From Octopus sinensis (taxonomy: Eukaryota): a DNA stretch of 64,000 nucleotides. Positions within the stretch are counted from its first letter, which is position 1. The number at the start of each line of letters is the position of its first letter. The stretch is taken from contig NC_043003.1 of the NCBI RefSeq assembly GCF_006345805.1, forward strand, positions 110,980,001 through 111,044,000, given 5' to 3'. The notes under the pieces are model-generated. The model made no database searches and was not told the origin of the DNA. It worked only from the letters and a program-made list of their open reading frames with translations. The translations under genes were made by a program, and so were the position numbers. Positions 55,330 through 64,000 of the stretch are shown here, one piece after another.

Positions 55330-55760
55330 CACTCTTTTTTCCTGTAACCATGCTTTTGCTTATATTCTTAGTTGTGTCATATTTTTCTTTCATTGTTGAT
55401 GCACTCCTGAACACCAATTAGCACACGTCCATATTTACCTCTAATCATGTGGAGCTTTACGCTAATCAGCCCACGTCTAACTTTACCTCGCTTCATGTAG
55501 AACCTGTGTATATTTGTCTTAGGTTGGATGGCCCCATGCATTACCATTGCCTTTTGGTCAGTGTTATCAAGTCGTTCAATCTTTGTTGTATCCAACTGAG
55601 GATGGGTGCACTACACTACCATCGGTTTCGACTTCATTTTCTTAGCTATCCCCTTTCACGTCCTCCTAATGTTAGTGAACATGTTCTGTCCGAGCATCAT
55701 ATCTCATTTAAGTAAAAGCATGTCCTTGTCTGCAGTTATTTCCCCACCATGATGGTTAAC
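55330..55760 (-). mobile_element. R4/Dong-like LINE fragment (post-RT region)
   Basis: APILSWIQQRLNDL / MHGAIQPKTNIHRFYMKRGKVRRGLISV, matching the thumb-region motif HP(K)A.IDRLYL.R..GGRGL. Confidence 0.7.
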
Positions 55761-56519
55761 TAATATTGTTTTTCATTACTTCTTGCCTCTGTATATATAC
55801 ATATATATTTATGTATATCAGCACAGTGACAAAAATCATAGACCTAAATTATGTTACCACAATCATTTCTATAAATATTTATATATAACCTATTATCATT
55901 CTGGTCATATTAGTTGATCCGTGACATTGAAGACATCAACAGACATATTTTATTGTGTTAGTGGTATGAAACACGTAGTTTGTTTTTAACTCCAAATCTA
56001 TTTAAATTATATTTATGTTAAAATTTCATATTTACAACCGATCATTTTAGAATTGTGAAAGAGAGTTATGTTGTGGTATTGCTACCAATTCTACAATATG
56101 TATTTTGTGGGAAGGCTAGCATTATTGCTATACTTTTTCCAGGTGTAATTATTTGTTTCGTTACGTTGATTATTACAAGAGAAAATGTTAAAGTGACTTT
56201 GTAATAGATGCATGGAAACATACCATACAATATATTTGATGCACCACTTTAAAAGGTTTGCTTTAGATCCAAACCCCGACATACATGGACGTATTCACAG
56301 AGACAGTTATTTATGCAACTACCAGTCACTTTATATGCTGAAACTTACATACATATATAGAAACTTTTAGATAGATATGTACGTAAGTAATTGTTCAACG
56401 CTTAAAGGAAATAAATGCTAAAAATTAATTAAAAACGATTATATTCATATATAGGTATATAGTTGCCCTAAGATAATCTTCCAGGTGCATACATAAGGAA
56501 AGAGACATGGACACATATA

Positions 56520-56524
56520 TGTAC

Positions 56525-56562
<38 letters not shown>

Positions 56563-56720
56563 ATATATATACATATACATATACATATAAATATATATAT
56601 AGAGAAGAGAGATAGATATATACATATACATATAAATATACATATAAATATATACATATATATACATATAAATATACATATATTACATATAAATGTATAC
56701 ATATATATACATATAAAATT

Positions 56721-56780
<60 letters not shown>

Positions 56781-57409
56781 CATTAATTCATACAAGTATG
56801 TAATTGTGTGTGTCTGCATCGAGAGTGCATACGAGTGTTGGTTACTTTCCTATAATTTTGATTTTTATATTATATTACGCAGATATGCTTTTGACGAGAC
56901 TAGATATATGCATCACTGATATTTACAAATCTTCGTTTCAATCTTATTTAGAAAGACATGATGTGTCCTAGAAGTTACCTACAAGCGAAATGTGCTGCAT
57001 TATTGCGGATGATGGCACAGCCTTTCATTTGCATCATGTTGTATAATGTATATAATTAGTTACAACTGGCTGCATTCACATAGAAAATGCGCGAGAAAGA
57101 AAATGTGGTATTATGCGATTTATATAATGTAGGTCAGACAAAGATGAAGAGAACACTAATACACAATCAATGACGAATGATGTACATCACTTTCATACAT
57201 GCATCTCCGTTTTAATTAGGCCAGCGGTGTACATTTGCTATTTTAAATTTTACTGTATAGATCCTATGTAGCAACATATTTTAAATCGACTGTGTACCAA
57301 TGGTGCTCACATACAGGCAGAACAATGTTACGAACTAAGACCTTCGTAATAAACTAACGAAAGTAATAGTTACAACATTCACAGATACAATTGCACGCAT
57401 ATTGCCTGG

Positions 57410-57478
<69 letters not shown>

Positions 57479-57604
57479 CATATATATTTGTGTGTGTGTA
57501 CGGGAGAATTTGTGTGTGATTTTAAGTATATATCCAGGTGTGTATGGATATACATATGTATATTTTATATATATATGCACATGGCTATATTGGATATATA
57601 TATA

Positions 57605-57677
<73 letters not shown>

Positions 57678-57824
57678 GATATATATATATATAAACGCAT
57701 ACATATATATATATATGCACATACATATATATGTATATGCATAAAAATATTTATTTACACACATGCACACAATATACACGCACATATATGAATGTATATA
57801 TGGCTGTGCATTTAAGTATGCGTC

Positions 57825-57858
<34 letters not shown>

Positions 57859-57860
57859 CG
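56520..57860. repeat. Two (TA)/(TACA) microsatellite blocks (56520-56790 and 57410-57860)
   Basis: Direct reading. Confidence 0.9.
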
Positions 57861-58088
57861 CGAACATGCCATATACAAGAATGTACAAGGAAAGGTTAAT
57901 GTGAGACAAGGAATTAATATCAAATTACAAGTGCAGTCCGCAGGCATATTTCCTATAGGACGTTGGATTTCTTGTCATTCGTGTTGTTTGCTCCGGAAAC
58001 AACTCCTAGGACATCCACATCGCTACGCTCTCAACGTCAAGCTCAACTGCACATGTATCTATTTACAACGCACACACAAACATGTGTG

Positions 58089-58123
<35 letters not shown>

Positions 58124-58591
58124 GGAGAAAGGGCGATAGGGAGGGAGAGAGAGAAAATACAAACTGAAATTATTGAGATGAACACATATCTATATATTTA
58201 CAGATGCCAAGCAATCTCACCGTCCTGAAGATGAATTCCGGATTTACGGTAATGTTTATATGCATCCACTACACTCACTATCGTTTCGTACAGAACTCGT
58301 GCCAAAATAGCGTTATTCCGTGCCCCCAGAAACAGCTCTCAGACCCGAAATACCATGTCCTCTAAAATTTCTATATTTCTACTGCATGTAAATCTGGTCT
58401 GTAAAAATATAAATATATATATACTTATGCATGAGTACTCATGTTTTTGTTTCTCTCTATATATTCTCATATTTCTTTACTTATATATGTGGATGTATAT
58501 TTTATATATCAAACACATGCGTATACATTTTTTATTTGCATCATAACATTCTCTAATATCTGTCGCCTTTCGGTAAAACTTTTCTACATGC

Positions 58592-58631
<40 letters not shown>

Positions 58632-59269
58632 GCGCATACATATCTATTTGCGTGTATGTATACACACACACACACACACAGACACACACGTATACCTTTA
58701 GGTACACATTATGATATCAATTATTATCATTACACCCACTTGATTTGTAAATCGATAACGCATCGGCACAATGCCCTGAGACATTTCTCCCAACGTCTTA
58801 CACCGTGAATTCAGGTCCTACCATCTGAACTAGAAATCGATATAGTTAGAGATATAAATGTGGATGATAAAACTGCATAAAAATAGGAATAAGATGATGG
58901 TATCAACAAAAGTGACATATTGATAAATAGCATAAATATAAAAAGCACATGTTTCTCAGATATCAACATTGGAATATAAACCGTTAGACGTGTAAATTTC
59001 TATAAGATTGTATTTTTTAGAAAGCTAGAGTTGGAATATCCCTTGTCGAAAACGTGAAAACGTATCTCTTTGACAGTAATAGTCAACCTTGGAGAGTGAA
59101 CTGCCAAGACACACACATATTCACATATGCGAATTGATGAGTATATATATATATATTATATATATATATATAGATATATATATATATATATAATATATAT
59201 ATATATATACCGGAGTAAACACATAAATATGAAACAAGGCGAAACAAAGAGTACTCATATACCAATATG

Positions 59270-59416
59270 CTTTATTTAAAAGCAGCAGAAATTTAATAAC
59301 GCTGTTACTAGGAGCTTTCGATTAACAGGAAGTAACGTCCGAGTAACGTCCGACGAACGGGAACGTGAAACTCCTAGTAACAGCTTTTGTTAAATTTCTG
59401 CTGCTTTTAAATAAAG
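59270..59416. repeat. ~147-bp hairpin repeat with a hammerhead-like core in the right arm
   Basis: ctttatttaaaagcagcagaaatttaa..gctgttactaggag / ctcctagtaacagc..ttaaatttctgctgcttttaaataaag. Confidence 0.9.
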
Positions 59417-59418
59417 TA

Positions 59419-59471
<53 letters not shown>

Positions 59472-59489
59472 TATATGAATATAAATTCC

Positions 59490-60240
59490 TAGTCTGGATA
59501 TAGAAGCTGGAGGTTTCCAAGCAGGTGTCCATAGATATCATCTTTGTCTTTTATTTTCAGAGATATTTATATCTGCAGGGCAGCTGAACTCTAAGATGGT
59601 ACATACATTTGCTCCTCTGTCCCAAACAACAATATCCGGCCTGTTATGTTTATATTTACAAGTCTTTATGGGAATATTTCACCAGTATTTCTTGGGTTGA
59701 TATTTATGAATGTATTCCATAACAGAAAGACTTTCTAAGTTTACTTCAAGACAGTCTTTTTTGCGGATGGAATTTGTAAATTGTTTTAGCTACAATATTG
59801 TGCCGCATATTGTACCTTGAAGACATTTTAGGACAGCTGCTAATCACATGCGTGATGTATTCCACAGAAGCATGACATAGCCTACACATGCGGTTGCACT
59901 TTAGGAGTACAAGAGCGTCACTGACTCTCTCGTTCACCAGGTACTTTGCGGCAATTTTCTGTTCCTGGATTGTTAACGTATAGCCTTTAAAGTGTGATGT
60001 GGTTGAGCTTCGTGTCAATTCTACTGTCTTCTTCAAGCCTCCGGGCAACATACCCATGCATAGTCCTTTTTTTTGTTTTTGTATACTGCGTGCTTTCCAT
60101 CCAGGTTCTCTCTGAGGTAAGACAGCCCAACTGCTTTGGTCCTGTATAGGAGATTATCAGGAAGAGAGTGATTTTTGAAGAGCGCATTACCAACTCGATA
60201 ATGTTACTCTCTTCACTGTTCAGCGCTGCATATTTCTATT
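59490..60240 (-). mobile_element. RLE LINE 3' fragment (CCHC knuckle plus REL endonuclease)
   Basis: SHFKGY..IQEQKIAAKYL..CRLCHASVEYITHVISSCPKMSSRY..RHN.VAK; KHNRPDIVVWDR..ILEFSCPADINI. Confidence 0.85.
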
Positions 60241-60342
60241 TATATTTTGCTAATGCTTAGTAGGTGCTCCAGCATGGCCGCAGACAAGTGAGTGAAAAAA
60301 TAATAGAATAAATGAATATATACACACACATATATATGTATG

Positions 60343-60410
<68 letters not shown>

Positions 60411-60419
60411 AAGGTATTG

Positions 60420-60860
60420 CTATCTGGTAAGAAGTTTGGTTCCTGCATGCATGTCTCTGGTTCAGTTGCATTTCGTGGCACTTTAGCCGTGTGTCTCCTA
60501 CTACACTCGCCGACTGACTAAACCCATGTAAATGGATTTTTAGACAGAAACTGAATGAAGCCTTTCAGTCATCCGTGTGCATGCCTTTGTGTTTGTGTGA
60601 GAGAGAGAGAGAGAGTGTGTGAATGTTTGTGTGCGTATGTTTTTCTGTGCCTTTGTGCCTTTGTTTGTCCTCCACCCCCAATTGACCACAGATGACGCTA
60701 TGATTACATTCACGTAACTTAGCGCTTCTGCAAAAGAGACCGATATAATAAACATCAAACTTAGAAAATAGAAGTAATGTAGTCAATTACATCGCCTAAA
60801 ATGCCTCTAGTTGGTATCCCCAGCATGGCCACAGTTTAACAACTGAAATATGTAAAAACA
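60420..60860 (+). mobile_element. tRNA-derived SINE, family of 1665-2070
   Basis: ggtaagaagttt...ggttcagttgca..gtggcacttt; tail cgtaacttagcgcttctgcaaaagagaccgat...cagcatggccacag..actgaaa. Confidence 0.75.
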
Positions 60861-61879
60861 ATAATAGAATGTATCCGGTATAAACATTTATGTCGGAAAC
60901 CAACGAATTTTCAACTCACTTATTTATCCTCGTGAATATATCGTTTGCGATAGAATTTTTTAATGGAAGATTTCAGCATCTGACACATTCCATGCCACAC
61001 AGTAAACATATTCAGAAAACATATTTCGAATGCAATTTGAGTAATCAAATGAAAAATTGCCATCAGAACATGAGTTGTTGATAATAACGCACCGATGTTT
61101 AAACACTAATTTAGTTTATATATTTTTGTTATACATTTGGTTCTTCATACAGAAATCAGAAAAAAAAACAGGAAATGCTACTGAAATTCTAATTGTACAA
61201 GATAAAATATTTTCAAGTTTTCTCATAATTATTTTCAAATCAAATTTACTAGAAAGCTCTCCGTAATAATCTCTCCCGCCACCTCTCATTTTGTATAATT
61301 GTGTGTTTATCGAAGTATATTTTTCTCGTGTGTGTATACATGTACGCACAAATACACATGTTTAAAAGCAGGTATAAGCAAGCATGCTTTCCTATGCTTC
61401 ATTGCAATACAGAGGAAATACTGGCAAAGTCTTTATGCATAGACAACTATAAATATGTAACCTTTAAACAGAATACGCATGTTGGTGGATGCGAAAACGT
61501 ATTTTCTCAGCGACGAGCTCCAACCAATACATTATATGTGGAAACTGGCTTATCTAATGGCGGGTATATAGGAGGTATTAATGCGGCCTTTTAAAGATAG
61601 TTCACGTTTCTGATTAAATCCCAACACAGGACAGAATTTAGGACGGTTTATTACTCGATTTAGTTTGGTTCATACATTTGGGATTAAAGTGGGTGTTTAC
61701 ATTCTTCTGTTCTTAGACTGTTGTCTAAAATATACGAAAATGTCAGTTCCTCGTTTTATATGCATGCATAACTTTGATAACTTTGTTAGGTTTCGGCTAA
61801 TATAGGCCCAGTCCATGTCTAACTTAACAGTACCACCTGGTAGAGTCTTTTAGTCATGTATGGGGCATCAGGGCCCCCT

Positions 61880-62505
61880 CTAAAAAAGAGTTATTATTGC
61901 TGGAGACATATCCGAGTGTAGGAGTTTGGTCCAGGATTTTTTTAAGAAATCAGTCCAGTGAACGTTTGAATTTCATGTGATCCATTTCCGTTTTGACATA
62001 TTTTGGTATGGTATTAAAGCATATTAAGAGCAGACGGTAATTTCAGAGAATCCTCTTTTCCAAAGTGGATGAAATTCAATTTATCTTCACATAGAGGCAT
62101 ATTGTTTTTTCCGCCCGTTGAACAACAGCAAACAGCAAACAGATCCGACTGAAGGCATGTTCGGTTTTCTATAGCGTTTATGGCTTTTTGGAGTTTGGAA
62201 TCGTATGAATTGCTGTGATGGTTGTTGTTGTTTCTCTGGTGGCTGTTGTTGTTGCTGCCGTTGTTACCATGGTTGCTGTTGTTGTTGTCGTTGACGTGGT
62301 GTTTGTTGTTGTTATTGATGTTGAGTAGTATTTGAAGAGAATATACGTTGGAGTTTTTCAAAATATCAATTAATGAATTGAAATGCCATTTCAGGCGAAG
62401 AAAAAGGACATGGACCGCACCCGATTTCGTATTTTCTTCTACAGAAACCCACATTTTGTTTCGACTGCTAGTATTCCGAATCTGCGAAAAACATCGGCAT
62501 TTCAA
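61880..62505 (-). mobile_element. CR1/L2-group LINE RT remnant, internally deleted, with a trinucleotide-repeat insertion
   Basis: KSGAVHVLF..DILKNSNVY [N-rich insert] DSKLQKAI..TCLQSDL..KNNM.LCEDKLNFIHFGK, then FNTIPKYVK.E.D..KFKRSLD*FL.KI.DQ..T.GY.S.NNNS. Confidence 0.7.
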
Positions 62506-62659
62506 ATCCTCAAGAATTAGGAATTAAAATTTAGAGATGTTTGAGTTGAGATGGCTTCTGTTCTTTCAACTGCTTACTAAACAGAGCAATAGAAAACGTC
62601 CGGTTGCCATGACTGCCGCATACATACACACATACATACATACATACGTACATATATGC

Positions 62660-62731
<72 letters not shown>

Positions 62732-62776
62732 GTATGTATGAATAATAAATGGAGTTAAATGCAGTTGTTATTCAAA

Positions 62777-62886
62777 TTCATTTACTCCCGACACATGTTT
62801 CGAAGATATCATTGGTATTATGCCAAAGGAATAACATGGTATAAAACAATGTAATCTCCTCTTCAGGGAAATGGAGAAATGAAACT
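62777..62886 (-). ncRNA. Type I hammerhead ribozyme motif with long stem II (PLE-type)
   Basis: Minus strand ..AUUUCC-CUGAAGA(62866-60)-GGAGAU...AUCUUC-GAA-AC(AUGU)GU-C(62790)-GGGAGU..: intact core, G-C first pair of stem II, palindromic tetraloop in stem III, GUC triplet. Confidence 0.75.
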
Positions 62887-64000
62887 CGTCAATAAGACAT
62901 TTTAACAGAATATTCTGTTAAAATATGATAAAGCAACGATATACTAAGCTGAAGTAGTCTTTAACACTTATAACTGCCGCACCTATATCATTCTGAAAAC
63001 TTCTGGAATGGCAAATTAAATAGTATGTTTCTGTACAGCCCAATTATCGGTAGGATGTTCACGACAGTTGACAGAATAGAACATTCAGGAGTCTATACAG
63101 GGTTCAGCTGAAGTTCGGTGTGTCAGTGTAATCTATTTGAGCAATTGAGCAATAATATTCTTATATTTGTACTTTTGCAAGAAAAAATGCTGTTCTATTG
63201 CAATCAAATACTTATCTTCTTCAATGACATGAATGAACTAATGGCCCTTGATCTTTTGCTTGGCCACGAAGTTCAAAGATCAGAGTGTTCCGAAAGATGT
63301 TAAATAAAATAATCTCAAATTAGAGCCAGTTTCAACCCTATTGAATTTCACATTACTTACAATGCGTGTATGTATTGTGTGACTTAAAACTTATCTTTGC
63401 AATCCTATACTGGGAAAGTAGATTAAAAGTCTAGTACAAGGTTATGAATTTAGGTAAGATACAATGCAAAGAGATTTTAGTAAACTTTAAAGTGACCTTT
63501 AGATAACAATTCGAGTAAATGGTCAAATATCATTAGTTCCTAAATATATGTCTATGAATAAAAACTGTTCAGTCTTGTAATGAAATAGTTTGCTTCTGGC
63601 TACAATGCTTAAATTATTAACAAACTCTACACGTACATCACATACTATCGACCTTGATGCATTTAACTTTTACAAAATCCTGCATATAAATTATAGATTT
63701 TTCTGCTGTTTCTGCAGACCTGAACAGCCCATGGGGAAATTCTGTGTAGACTGTCAATATTGCATCATGTAAAATATATCATTGATGTTCTGTTATACTG
63801 TTTTCATACATACATACATACATGCATACGTACATTCATACATACATGCATACGTACATTCATACATACATACATGCATACGTACATTCATACATACATA
63901 CATACGTATATATATATATATATTCTCTGTTTATTTCATCGTGTTCCTTTCTGTTAAAGAGCGTAGGCTCGAAACGTAAAAAGCTTTCTCACATTCCAGA

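Noticed and set aside
61301-61594. 97-aa ORF ending ..GGYIGGINAAF, reminiscent of the GABA-B N-terminal YIGG motif
   Set aside because: Wrong strand relative to the exon; no FP or other flanking conservation.
63945-64000. GAGC-gtag-GCTC-GAAAC hairpin resembling HHR stem II
   Set aside because: Upstream core is not CUGANGA (ctgttaaa) and the element runs off the window edge.

Overview
Very AT-rich, microsatellite-dense eukaryotic DNA. The SINE/LINE families and (TA)n/(TATG)n/(TAA)n density point to an octopus genome (inference, not a database hit). Only one host coding exon is well supported: a 171-nt minus-strand exon (12714-12884) of a GABA-B-type class C GPCR (GABBR2-like), with the same length and phase as human GABBR2 exon 3. 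Most or all of the window is therefore probably intron of that gene. The rest is mainly decayed transposons: several R4/Dong-like RLE LINEs next to (TAA)n tracts, a near-full irritans-type mariner, Tc1 pieces, a hAT-like transposase relic, Penelope-like (PLE) RT/GIY-YIG fragments, CR1- and RTE-like pieces, a MITE and many tRNA-derived SINEs. The most interesting non-annotated signal is a set of type I hammerhead ribozyme (HHR) motifs. One well-formed HHR lies in the sense strand of the receptor pre-mRNA about 965 nt upstream of the exon and has a near-identical inverted twin 3.3 kb away. Together the two units bracket a 3.4-kb microsatellite cassette. A second well-formed HHR with a long stem II lies at ~62.8 kb, and several degenerate ones abut (TA)n tracts. 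Most ORFs in the supplied track are microsatellite artefacts. All alignments were done by eye.
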